DNA from: an uncultured Candidatus Saccharibacteria bacterium
GTDB lineage: Bacteria > Patescibacteriota > Saccharimonadia > Saccharimonadales > Saccharimonadaceae
Direction of reading: 5' to 3'
DNA: 54,994 nt
Assembly (NCBI GenBank): GCA_946530935.1
Contig: CAMNAJ010000001.1
Span: 1-54,994, forward strand
Position numbers and translations under genes: made by a program. Of this stretch, positions 19,188 through 28,736 are shown piece after piece. Below the pieces are notes generated by a model that had not been told where the DNA came from, searched no databases, and saw only the letters and a list, made by a program, of their open reading frames with translations. How positions within the stretch are numbered: position 1 is the stretch's first letter; each line of letters starts with the position of its first letter.

Positions 19188-19775
19188 GCGAAACTATATT
19201 TCAGATATGGGGCAATGGGGTGTGGCAAAACAATGCAACTTCTCCAAGTTGCGTTTAATTATGAAGAACGCGGACATAAGGTTTGCGTGATTAAACCAAA
19301 AACAGATACTAAAAACGGCACCAAACTTCTAACTCGAATTGGGCCAGAGCGCGAAACTGATTTTTGCTTCGACAAGAACACAAATATATATAATATAGTG
19401 GCAAAAAAGTATAAAAACGTGCAATGTGTTTTTGTTGACGAGGCTCAGTTTTTAACGAAAGACCAAGCCGATCAGCTAATGCTAATTGTTAATAAATTAA
19501 ATATCCCAGTCATTGCTTACGGTTTAAGGTTAAACTTCCGTCTTACTGATGGTGGCTTTGAAGGCGCCACAAGACTTCTCCAGATTGCTCATAATATTGA
19601 AGAAATCAAAACTATTTGCGAATGTGGTCACAAGGCAACTTGCAATGCAAGATTTTTAAACGGTAAATTTGTAAAAGATGGCCCAGACATTTTAATTGAT
19701 GATGGTAAAACTAAAATCGAATACCGCGCCATCTGTCCGGCTTGTTATCAAAAATATTTAGAAGGAGAAAAGTAA
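19185..19775 (+). CDS. tdk: Thymidine kinase
   Basis: GAMGCGKT, VDEAQF, YGLR, C.CG..A, C..C. Confidence 0.95.
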   Translation: MAKLYFRYGAMGCGKTMQLLQVAFNYEERGHKVCVIKPKTDTKNGTKLLTRIGPERETDFCFDKNTNIYNIVAKKYKNVQCVFVDEAQFLTKDQADQLMLIVNKLNIPVIAYGLRLNFRLTDGGFEGATRLLQIAHNIEEIKTICECGHKATCNARFLNGKFVKDGPDILIDDGKTKIEYRAICPACYQKYLEGEK

Positions 19776-20380
19776 TGTACATCGTTATTGAAGGCCAAGA
19801 CGGCACCGGTAAATCTACGCAGGCGAGACTTTTAAAAGATTATTTTGAGAAAAAAGGCAAAGAAGTGGTTGTAATGGATGAGCCAGACGGAGATCTTCCG
19901 CAAGCCCACGATATTCATGACTTAATTGTGATTAAAGGCAAAGAATATAAGCTTGAGCCACTAACAAATTTAGCGCTATTTACTGCCGCTAGGGTGGAGC
20001 TTTGGAAAAAGATTGCTGAACCAGTCTTAAAACGAGACGGCGTAGTAATATCGGCTCGCAACTGGTGGTCTACTTTAGCCTATCAAGGCTATGGCGAAGG
20101 TGTTTCAAGAAGTAAAATAATCCGTGTTACTAAAGAAGTGATGCCGGAAAGGTATTGCAACCCAGACAAAGGCTTTATTTTAAAAGTGTCAGATAAGGTT
20201 CGTTTAGAGCGTCAGGGAAATCGCGGTAAAGCAACCGAGACTTTCGAAGCAAAGCCAAACGAGTTTCAGCAAAAAGTTAATGCTGGCTACTTAAAGATTG
20301 CAAAAGATTTAGATATTCCAATTATTGATGCTTCTGGCACTATTGAAGAAGTTTATGATTTAATTATCAGCAAATTGTGA
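19775..20380 (+). CDS. tmk: Thymidylate kinase
   Basis: IVIEGQDGTGKSTQ, EP, LFTAAR, STLAYQG; TAATG overlap with tdk. Confidence 0.93.
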   Translation: MYIVIEGQDGTGKSTQARLLKDYFEKKGKEVVVMDEPDGDLPQAHDIHDLIVIKGKEYKLEPLTNLALFTAARVELWKKIAEPVLKRDGVVISARNWWSTLAYQGYGEGVSRSKIIRVTKEVMPERYCNPDKGFILKVSDKVRLERQGNRGKATETFEAKPNEFQQKVNAGYLKIAKDLDIPIIDASGTIEEVYDLIISKL

Positions 20381-22141
20381 GTTGTATAGCTCAGCATAGA
20401 AACCGTTTTGCTTTAGCAATTCATCATGGCTTCCGTGCTCGACAATATTTCCATCTTTCATCACAAGAATTAAATCAGAATTTCTAATCGTAGAGAGGCG
20501 GTGGGCAATTACAAATGACGTGCGCCCATTAGTGAGTTTTTCGAATGAATCCTGAATAAGCTGTTCGGTACGAGTATCGACATTTGAGGTTGCTTCGTCG
20601 AGAATCATCATAGGCGGATTTGCTACCATTGCGCGTGCAATGGTGATTAATTGTTTTTCACCCGCTGAAATATTATCGGAATCTTCAGAAATCATAGTTT
20701 TATAACCCTTCGGCAACGATTCGATAACGTGATGCACGTTGGAAGCTTTAGCTGCCTGTTTGATTTCTTCGAGTGTCGCATCTTGTCTACCATAACGTAG
20801 GTTTTCTTCGACCGTGCCAGAGAATAACCAGGTATCTTGTAAGACCATACCAAACAGACCGCGCACGTCAGAACGCTTCATTTCCCTTGTCGGCACACCG
20901 TCGATAGTGATATAGCCGGAATCCGGATCATAAAACCTCATAAGAAGATTAATCATTGTGGTTTTGCCAGCACCGGTTGGACCGACAATTGCTACCTTCA
21001 TACCAGGCTCAACTTTAACTGAAAAACCTTTAATCACTGGAGTGTCTTTAAGATAACTAAAATTGATATCATGGAATTCAACTTCACCTTTAACTTTCGC
21101 AATCTCATGACTTGGAACTGGATCCGGTTCTTCTTCTGGTTCGTCTAGGAATTCAAAGATACGTTCCGACGCCGCTAGCAGTGATTGAATCGTTGAAGTT
21201 GAAGAAGCGATTTCTGTAATAGGACGGTTAAACCGAGAAACATACTGTACAAAAGCTTGGATGTCACCAATTGAAATAGAGCGTTCAATTACTAGTATGC
21301 CACCAACAATACATACTGCCACATAACTAAGATTTGTGAAAATATGAGTGACCGGGAAAGAAAGCGACGAATAAAATTGAGATTTTAGTGATGCCTTAGC
21401 AAGTTTAATATTGGTTTCTTCAAAATCATCTAATGCCGCTTGTTCATACGAGTTAGACTTAATAACAACCTGGCCAGAATAATCTTCCTCGATCTTGCTA
21501 TTTAAAACACCAAGCGTAGTTTGATGTTCGCGGAAATACTTTTGTGCAAATTTTGCAATTTTCCCTACTACTACAACTGAAAGCGGAACGATAATAAATG
21601 AGATTAATGATAACGGCACAGAGATTAATAGCATGATTACCATAACACCAACGAGCGTTGTAATACTTAAGGAGATATCAGCGATTTCTTGAGACATTGA
21701 AGTAGTGAGTACATCAATGTCGTTAGTCATGCGGGAAAGCGTGTCGCCGAATTTATGACGATCAAAATACGAAATTGGTAGTTTTGAAATTTTATCGATA
21801 ATCATTTCGCGCATATCGCGAGTGTATTTTGCAGACACGATGCCTAGGATAAAGGCCTGTGCATAGTTTAAAACTGCTGATATTAAGAATAGGACAATGA
21901 CGACGATTGCTTGTTGGCCGATAGTGACAAAATCGATGTTTGGATATGTCTCAAAAGCAAGCGTGGTCATGTCGCCGAGAATCTTCGGCGTAAACAGGCC
22001 AGTGATTGCTGAAGCAATCGCAAGAATAATCGAAACAATAATTGAAAAGCGGTATCTTTTTATCGAAGACAAAAACTGTTTAAACGTTCCCTTTGCGTTT
22101 TTAATCTTATTTTCGCCATGCATTAGAGAATCGTTATGCAT
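20360..22141 (-). CDS. ABC exporter permease/ATPase subunit (heterodimer partner)
   Basis: TM domain plus GPTGAGKTT, ISAGEKQ, ILDEATS, AHR. Confidence 0.93.
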   Translation of the reverse strand: MHNDSLMHGENKIKNAKGTFKQFLSSIKRYRFSIIVSIILAIASAITGLFTPKILGDMTTLAFETYPNIDFVTIGQQAIVVIVLFLISAVLNYAQAFILGIVSAKYTRDMREMIIDKISKLPISYFDRHKFGDTLSRMTNDIDVLTTSMSQEIADISLSITTLVGVMVIMLLISVPLSLISFIIVPLSVVVVGKIAKFAQKYFREHQTTLGVLNSKIEEDYSGQVVIKSNSYEQAALDDFEETNIKLAKASLKSQFYSSLSFPVTHIFTNLSYVAVCIVGGILVIERSISIGDIQAFVQYVSRFNRPITEIASSTSTIQSLLAASERIFEFLDEPEEEPDPVPSHEIAKVKGEVEFHDINFSYLKDTPVIKGFSVKVEPGMKVAIVGPTGAGKTTMINLLMRFYDPDSGYITIDGVPTREMKRSDVRGLFGMVLQDTWLFSGTVEENLRYGRQDATLEEIKQAAKASNVHHVIESLPKGYKTMISEDSDNISAGEKQLITIARAMVANPPMMILDEATSNVDTRTEQLIQDSFEKLTNGRTSFVIAHRLSTIRNSDLILVMKDGNIVEHGSHDELLKQNGFYAELYNSQFADN

Positions 22142-23909
22142 TTTTTACCTCTTTTCTTTTTGTCTTAGCTAAAGTCATTTCGTCTTTAAATTCTTTATCA
22201 GAAAGTTGAGATTTTACAATATCTTGATAGACCGAACAAGTATTAAGTAGTTCAAAGTGATTACCTTTCCCTACGACTTTTCCGCCATCTAGGACTACAA
22301 TTTGATCGGCGTCTTTGATTGTACTTACGCGTTGTGCCACAATTAATACCACCGCTCCGACGGTTTCCGGTTTTAATGCTTCTCTCAATTTAGCGTCCGT
22401 TTTCATATCAAGCGCCGAGAAAGAATCGTCAAAAATGTAAATCTCTGGCTTTTTACAAATGGCCCTTGCAATTGAAAGGCGCTGCTTTTGGCCACCAGAA
22501 ACGTTCGTACCACCTTGTGAAATATGCGCATTGTATTTTTCCGGTAGTCTTGAAATAAAACCATCAGCCTGAGCCACTTCAGCTGCATGTTTTATTTCGG
22601 CATCAGTTGCTCTAGGTGCACCAAACTTGATATTAGACTTAATGGTGCCAGAGAAAAGAATTCCGCGTTGTGGTACATATCCAATGCGGCCAATTAAGTC
22701 GTTCTGCGCGTATTCTTTAATCGAAATACCATTCACTAAAATATCGCCAGCAGTTGTTTCATAAAATCTTGGCACAAGATTAATAAGTGTAGACTTACCG
22801 GAACCAGTGGACCCAACAAATGCTGTTGTTTCACCGGCTTTTGCGACGAACGATACTCCTGAAATAACTTTTTCCTCGGCGTCAGGATAATTGAAATCAA
22901 CGTTTTTAAATTCAATGGAAGGCACCTTGTCGGGCGTGCCATTAGTTTCTTTTTTCCAATGAATTTTTGAAGAAGTTTTTAATACTTCATTGATACGTTC
23001 AGCCGACACATTGGCGCGCGGAATCATTACAAATAGTATTGAAAGCATCAAAAACGACATCATTACGTGTCCAACGTATTGTGCGAAGGCCACCATATTG
23101 CCTAGGTAGGCAAAGTCTTTCGTGAGAAGCGAAATGCCAATCCATGCACAAAGAAGTGTAGTTCCGTTAAATATAATATTGATAAATGGGTTTTGTAGCT
23201 CTAATATCCGATCCACGTAAATAAGTAATCTCGTTAGCTCCTCATTAGTTCGCATAAACTTCTTTTTTTCGACTTTCTGGTTATTAAAAGCACGAATCAC
23301 TCTAAGACCCGTCAAGTTCTCACGAGTTAAAAGTGTAGTTTTATCAACCAGCTTTTGAAAAAGCCTAAACTTCGGAATCACTAACGACATGATAAGAATG
23401 ATTGTCGCAAGAATGGATACTACGCCAATAGCAATAATCCAACTCATATCAGGCGCGGTTTGTACGGCCATGACAAACGAAATAACGCAAAAAAGTGGAG
23501 CGCGAAGCATCATGCTTAAAATCATAGTAACTGTTTGCCTTACCTGTGTTACGTCGTTTGTAGTTCTAGTGATAAGAGAAGCCGTACTAAAGGATTTCAT
23601 CTCTGTCATATTGTAAAAAATAATCTTTTTGAAAACATCTGCTCTCAAATCTTGTGAGAACTTTGCCCCAACATATGACGAAAAATATGAAGAAACTAAT
23701 GCTCCAATTGCCGAAATGATGGCAAAAAGAATCATTTTACCGCCCACCATCCAAATCATTCCAACATCTTCTTTTACGATACCGTCATTTATGATTTCAG
23801 CCATTAAAGCGGGAAGCCTAAGTGTCATATAGACTTGAAAACCAGTGGCGGCAACTAGAACTAATACCTGCCACCAATAAGGCTTAAGATAACGAAAAAG
23901 TCTGAACAT
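22134..23909 (-). CDS. ABC exporter permease/ATPase subunit (degenerate site)
   Basis: TM domain plus GSTGSGKST, VSGGQKQ, degenerate FDDS and AQR as in heterodimeric exporters. Confidence 0.93.
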   Translation of the reverse strand: MFRLFRYLKPYWWQVLVLVAATGFQVYMTLRLPALMAEIINDGIVKEDVGMIWMVGGKMILFAIISAIGALVSSYFSSYVGAKFSQDLRADVFKKIIFYNMTEMKSFSTASLITRTTNDVTQVRQTVTMILSMMLRAPLFCVISFVMAVQTAPDMSWIIAIGVVSILATIILIMSLVIPKFRLFQKLVDKTTLLTRENLTGLRVIRAFNNQKVEKKKFMRTNEELTRLLIYVDRILELQNPFINIIFNGTTLLCAWIGISLLTKDFAYLGNMVAFAQYVGHVMMSFLMLSILFVMIPRANVSAERINEVLKTSSKIHWKKETNGTPDKVPSIEFKNVDFNYPDAEEKVISGVSFVAKAGETTAFVGSTGSGKSTLINLVPRFYETTAGDILVNGISIKEYAQNDLIGRIGYVPQRGILFSGTIKSNIKFGAPRATDAEIKHAAEVAQADGFISRLPEKYNAHISQGGTNVSGGQKQRLSIARAICKKPEIYIFDDSFSALDMKTDAKLREALKPETVGAVVLIVAQRVSTIKDADQIVVLDGGKVVGKGNHFELLNTCSVYQDIVKSQLSDKEFKDEMTLAKTKRKEVKNA

Positions 23910-23949
23910 ATACTACTACTATATTAGCATAATTTTAATTAAAATGACA

Positions 23950-24873
23950 CTACTTATCGCTACAGACCGCAGTTTTTAGATCTGTAATAATTCCCCGCGC
24001 TTTTAAGTAATGCTCCAAAGAATCATAGTTTCCGTTATTATATTTACCGGTTGCAATTTCGGTTGCGGCCGTAATCCCTACGAAGCGATAGTGCCAGGTT
24101 TCAAATAGCCCAGTTGAACCATTCTCGTCGACATTCATAGGCTCACTCATTGGGCCGCCAGACCAAGCTGAAGGAAATCGATCAATAAAACCATATTTAT
24201 AAGAATTTGCTTTTAGCCACTGCCACTCAAGATGCTGATTATATAGGCTCGTATCTAGCGAAGAACCATAAGATTGGTCGATAAGATCACAGGTCAGACC
24301 AGTATGATGGTCTGTAGTGCCAGTTGCTAGGCAAAGCCTGCCGCAGTTTGTTCCTTTAGACCGAAAACAGGAACGCGTCATTAATTCGTGTCCAGGATAA
24401 TCCGCTTTGTACGCTTTTACCATTTCGTAAAGATATGCCGCAGCAATCGGGTCCATCAAATTGTCACCATTATTTGGATTAGCCTCCATTATCCCATAAT
24501 TATAAGAAAGGCTAATAAGCTCAGTTTTTCTAGCTGCAATAAAATCTGGTTCAACATGAAAATTTGGGTTGATTAGCATTAAATAGCCATCTTTTATAGT
24601 GCAGTTGCTGGATTTCGCGTTAGTAACAGGCTTAGTGTCTACCGGTTTGTCTTTTTTTGGTGTTTCCGGCTCTTCAATTGGTATAGCTACGTCCTCTTCT
24701 TTCTCTATTTCTTCTTTAGTCTCTTCTTCGCTATCTAAAACTTCGCTGTCAAAAACATTATTCATATATTTTGGGATTAATAACCCAAGTGATGCCGTAA
24801 TGACAAACGCTAAAAAGACAATCAAAAACTCAGTCAGTCGCTTTTTCAATTTCTGCCCTTTTCTTCTTTTCAA
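23950..24873 (-). CDS. Membrane-anchored M15B (VanY/LdcB-like) carboxypeptidase
   Basis: N-terminal TM; SCFRS, TDHHTGLTCD, WL..N.YKYGFI.R, ETWHYRFVG; start uncertain. Confidence 0.8.
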   Translation of the reverse strand: MKRRKGQKLKKRLTEFLIVFLAFVITASLGLLIPKYMNNVFDSEVLDSEEETKEEIEKEEDVAIPIEEPETPKKDKPVDTKPVTNAKSSNCTIKDGYLMLINPNFHVEPDFIAARKTELISLSYNYGIMEANPNNGDNLMDPIAAAYLYEMVKAYKADYPGHELMTRSCFRSKGTNCGRLCLATGTTDHHTGLTCDLIDQSYGSSLDTSLYNQHLEWQWLKANSYKYGFIDRFPSAWSGGPMSEPMNVDENGSTGLFETWHYRFVGITAATEIATGKYNNGNYDSLEHYLKARGIITDLKTAVCSDK

Positions 24874-25951
24874 TATGCATAATTAAATAAATAATTGGGC
24901 CGGTAATTATATATACATAATACGAGAAGAAACGCCAAACTAACATTGCCCAAAATACATAACCACTTGATAATGCTGAGAATACTAAGAAGAAAGTACC
25001 TTCTGCTGCACCGGCATTGCCCGGAGTCGGTACAAAATAAACTGCACTAGTAACGGCAATTGTCGTAACTAGACATGGCAAGAAATCAACTTCGCCACCA
25101 AAGGCTGTAAGTACGAAGAATGGAATAATTGAAACTAGAAAATGAAACAGTATCGAAATCGCAATTGTTTTTGCAAACAAACCAGGTGTTTTTAGGATTT
25201 GTTTTACACATTTAGCATAGTCGTTTACGCCAGTACTAACTTTTTTAATCGCGGCATCTTTATCCTTTACGATATGAATTTTTGCAAGGAATTTTACGAT
25301 AAGATTAATTAACTCAGTTGTTGTGTTAGGAAGGAAGGTCGCAATCATAATAGCGATTGGCCAAAACGCGTAAAATATCAACCCAAAACAAGCAGTAGCC
25401 ATCAAAACAGCATTGTTGATTGATAAACTGCCAAATAAGAATGCAAACACAGCAATAATAATGAAGCCGATTTGATTTGAGATCATACCAATAATCGGAA
25501 TAGTAGTGGACATCCCTTCGCTCATACCGCCGTTTTTATGCATGTAATAGATTTGAAATGGCTGGCCGCCGATTGCTGCCGGAGTGATATTATCATAATA
25601 CTTTCCGAGCAGTACTGTTCTTCTTGCTACTTGCCAAATGTTACTCGTCTTATCTTTGGTATTTTTTTTCCCTGCTTCGCGCATCATCAAAACGTATTTA
25701 TATATTTCAAAGGTGATCGCTACTAAAAAGCATGCTGCTGCTGGAATCAAAAACCACCAATTCATCTGTACTTCTGAAAGTTTAGCTGCATTCTCGGAAT
25801 TACCGAACTCAGAAAAAGCAGTTATAACAATTACAATGATGTTAATTAAGATAAAACCAATTGTAAGAGTAGGTTTTTTAATTTTTCTTAAAGCTTTTCT
25901 TAGCGAAAAATTTTCTGGGCTTCCAGCCGTTTTGGTTTCTGTGTTACTCAT
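24830..25951 (-). CDS. Flippase-like membrane protein (LPG synthase TM / UPF0104 family)
   Basis: ITP...GGQP, PTPG.AG.AE, WRF.SYY. Confidence 0.85.
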   Translation of the reverse strand: MSNTETKTAGSPENFSLRKALRKIKKPTLTIGFILINIIVIVITAFSEFGNSENAAKLSEVQMNWWFLIPAAACFLVAITFEIYKYVLMMREAGKKNTKDKTSNIWQVARRTVLLGKYYDNITPAAIGGQPFQIYYMHKNGGMSEGMSTTIPIIGMISNQIGFIIIAVFAFLFGSLSINNAVLMATACFGLIFYAFWPIAIMIATFLPNTTTELINLIVKFLAKIHIVKDKDAAIKKVSTGVNDYAKCVKQILKTPGLFAKTIAISILFHFLVSIIPFFVLTAFGGEVDFLPCLVTTIAVTSAVYFVPTPGNAGAAEGTFFLVFSALSSGYVFWAMLVWRFFSYYVYIITGPIIYLIMHIEKKKRAEIEKATD

Positions 25952-27061
25952 CTAACTCCTAGCAGCTAATCTAATATTTGGATATTCTTCTACTAATACT
26001 TTAATGCACCCTGCAATTGGTATAGCAATGATGGCGCCAAGAAGACCGAACATATACATACCAATTGTCATAGCGCAGAGGATAACTACGGCCGGAAGGT
26101 TAAGAGCGCCACCCTGAATCTTTGGCGCAATAACATTGTTCTCGATTTGTGCGTAGATGATGTAAACCACTACGAAAATTGCTGCCGCAAGCGGGCTAGA
26201 ACAGAGCAAGACTATAGTTACTAATATTCCACCAATGAACTGGCCAAACATCGGGATCATGTAGAAGATCATCGTAATCATGCCCATTGGGATAGCAATA
26301 CTTGTCGAAACACCAGTGAACAAAGACAGAAGTAGTACTAGAATACTACAAGCTAAACCGTCAATCGCTGCAACAATCATTTGATGTGATACATAAGTTG
26401 ATACCACATCTGCCATGCGAGCAACTACGCGTTTAGCTACATTAACTGGTTTTTTGTTTTCGTTACCAGCGCTAAGACTATCCCAAAGCACATTCATGAG
26501 TCCTGGTCCTTCGAGAAGAATTAGGAGCGTCAAAACGAGCACGAGCATTATTTTCATTGCAATGTCGGCAATTCCGCTAACGCTTGCAACAAAGTTGGAA
26601 CCGATTAGGCCAAGAATATTATTAGATAGCCCAGAAAGGGCAGTTGTGATTTCGGTTTGGAGGTTTTCTATGCCAATTGAGCGACCGAATGAGTTGATTC
26701 CTTCCCAGCCGCCAAAAGTAGTTTCAAAGGCTTTTGGCAGTTGTTCGAAGAAATGGGAGGTTTCATTTATGACGACTGGGCCAACAATACCGATAATTGC
26801 ACCGATGATTAAAACGACGATTAAATATGCAAACACGGCAGAGATATTGCGATGCTTCTTTTCGGTGCCAAAATGCCGATTGAAGAATTCATTAACTTTA
26901 CGGACAAGTGGTTTAAGTGCAAGCGCAAGGAATATTGAAATCCCAATAATCACTAAACCCGTAAGTGCTTTATACAAAAAGAATATTACACCAATGATGC
27001 CTAGTGGCACTAACCAGAACTTAACAAACGTTCTGATATCTGTCTCAATCGTCTTAGACAT
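25952..27061 (-). CDS. AI-2E family transporter
   Basis: LA.AL.PLV, IP..G, QIENNVIAPKI.G, G..FG.LGAI.AIP. Confidence 0.9.
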   Translation of the reverse strand: MSKTIETDIRTFVKFWLVPLGIIGVIFFLYKALTGLVIIGISIFLALALKPLVRKVNEFFNRHFGTEKKHRNISAVFAYLIVVLIIGAIIGIVGPVVINETSHFFEQLPKAFETTFGGWEGINSFGRSIGIENLQTEITTALSGLSNNILGLIGSNFVASVSGIADIAMKIMLVLVLTLLILLEGPGLMNVLWDSLSAGNENKKPVNVAKRVVARMADVVSTYVSHQMIVAAIDGLACSILVLLLSLFTGVSTSIAIPMGMITMIFYMIPMFGQFIGGILVTIVLLCSSPLAAAIFVVVYIIYAQIENNVIAPKIQGGALNLPAVVILCAMTIGMYMFGLLGAIIAIPIAGCIKVLVEEYPNIRLAARS

Positions 27062-27108
27062 AAACCTCCTTATAGCATAATTGTACCATAAATGGTATAA
27101 TTATGTGA

Positions 27109-27675
27109 ATGAAAAAAGTTTTAATGCATACTTGCTGCGCCCCTTGCAGCGTTTATTGTATTGATGCTCTCCGCTCTGAAAATATAGAGCCAACTATTTT
27201 TTGGTACAACCCAAATATTCACCCGTACATTGAATATAAAACCCGCCGTGATTGTCTTAAAGAATACACAAAAACTGTAGGTGTCGAATCGGTTTTTATT
27301 GAAGAATATGGGCTAGATGAGTTTTGCAAAAATGTCGTTAACGATATAAAAAACCGGTGCGTTAATTATTGCTATCCAAAACGAATCCTTAAAACAGCCG
27401 AATATGCCAAGGCCCACGGTTTTGATGCTTTCACTACCACGCTTTTAGTTTCGCCGTACCAAAAACATGAAGAACTAAAAGTAGTTTGCGAACGCATCGC
27501 AGATGATCTCGGTATAGAATTTCTCTATCGAGATTTTCGAGTTGGTTTTCGAGAAGGTCAAGCTAAAGCTCGTGAACTTGGGCTTTATATGCAAAAATAC
27601 TGTGGCTGCGTCTTTTCTGAAGAGGAACGCTACCAGAAGCAGATTGAAAAAGATAAAAAAGATGGTATAATATAA
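27109..27675 (+). CDS. queH: Epoxyqueuosine reductase QueH (DUF208)
   Basis: HTCCAPC, YNPNIHP, RC..C, FTTTL.VSP, Y.Q.YCGC.FS; upstream of queA-tgt. Confidence 0.92.
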   Translation: MKKVLMHTCCAPCSVYCIDALRSENIEPTIFWYNPNIHPYIEYKTRRDCLKEYTKTVGVESVFIEEYGLDEFCKNVVNDIKNRCVNYCYPKRILKTAEYAKAHGFDAFTTTLLVSPYQKHEELKVVCERIADDLGIEFLYRDFRVGFREGQAKARELGLYMQKYCGCVFSEEERYQKQIEKDKKDGII

Positions 27676-27677
27676 AA

Positions 27678-28736
27678 ATGCTTGTTTCGGATTATAACTA
27701 CGATTTGCCTGAAGATAGAATTGCAAAATACCCGCCAGAAGAGCGGGGTTCTACTCGTCTTTTGGTTTTAAATCGTAATACCGGTGAGACTAAAGATTCT
27801 TTTTATAAAAATCTAGATGATTATTTAAATGCTGGAGATGTTTTAATTCTAAATGATACGCGCGTGATGCAGTCGCGCTTATTCTGTGAACTAGAAGATG
27901 GCCGCGAGCGTGAACTGGTAGTGCTAGAAAAGCATGGTAATGAACCACAACGTGTGATGTATCGCGGAAAACTACATGACGGTGACATTTTAAAACTTAA
28001 CCTTGAAAAAATAAAACATAACCCAGGATTTAACAGGGGCGAAAAAAATCTTAACCTTGAGAATCTAAAACTTAACATTAAAAAAGTTTTAGGTAATGGT
28101 ATTGCCGAAATTGAATCAGAAGTTGATTTAAATGAGTTAACAGAACTTTGTGGCACGGTTCCCCTCCCGCCGTACCTTCACCGTGATGCAGAAGAATCTG
28201 ATAAAAAACGTTATCAAACAGTTTGGGCCAAGAATATGGGCTCAGCCGCAGCGCCAACTGCCAGTTTAAACATGACAGACGAACTTTTGGCTAGATTGAA
28301 GAAAAAAGGCGTTGTAATCAAGTATTTAACGCTCCATGTTGGCCTCGGAACCTTTTTACCGATTCGTTCAGATAAGGTCGAAGAGCACCATATGCATTCC
28401 GAATGGTTTAGTATTCCTGAAGAAACACTAGCAGCTATCAAAAGTGCCAAAGAAAATGGCACCCGCGTAATCGCGCTTGGCACAACCGTTGCTCGCACAT
28501 TGGAATATTATGGCAAAACCGGTAAAACTGAAGGCGAAGATGATATTTTTATTTATCCAGGATTTGAATTCAAAATAGTGGATGCACTCGTTACGAATTT
28601 TCATGCGCCGAAATCAACAGTTTTAATGCTTGCGTCTGCTTTTGCTGGGTGGGATCATTTGCGCGAAGCTTATAAGCATGCAGTCGAAGAAAAATATAAT
28701 TTTCTAAGCTACGGAGACTCAATGTTTATATGCTAA
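27678..28736 (+). CDS. queA: S-adenosylmethionine:tRNA ribosyltransferase-isomerase
   Basis: NDTRV, PLPPY, YQTV, AAPTA, TLHVGLGTF, TNFH.PKST, SYGDSM. Confidence 0.96.
   Translation: MLVSDYNYDLPEDRIAKYPPEERGSTRLLVLNRNTGETKDSFYKNLDDYLNAGDVLILNDTRVMQSRLFCELEDGRERELVVLEKHGNEPQRVMYRGKLHDGDILKLNLEKIKHNPGFNRGEKNLNLENLKLNIKKVLGNGIAEIESEVDLNELTELCGTVPLPPYLHRDAEESDKKRYQTVWAKNMGSAAAPTASLNMTDELLARLKKKGVVIKYLTLHVGLGTFLPIRSDKVEEHHMHSEWFSIPEETLAAIKSAKENGTRVIALGTTVARTLEYYGKTGKTEGEDDIFIYPGFEFKIVDALVTNFHAPKSTVLMLASAFAGWDHLREAYKHAVEEKYNFLSYGDSMFIC

Noticed and set aside
26415-27080. 221-aa antisense ORF and similar shadow ORFs across the window
   Set aside because: They lie opposite well-supported genes and have no motifs or expression signals
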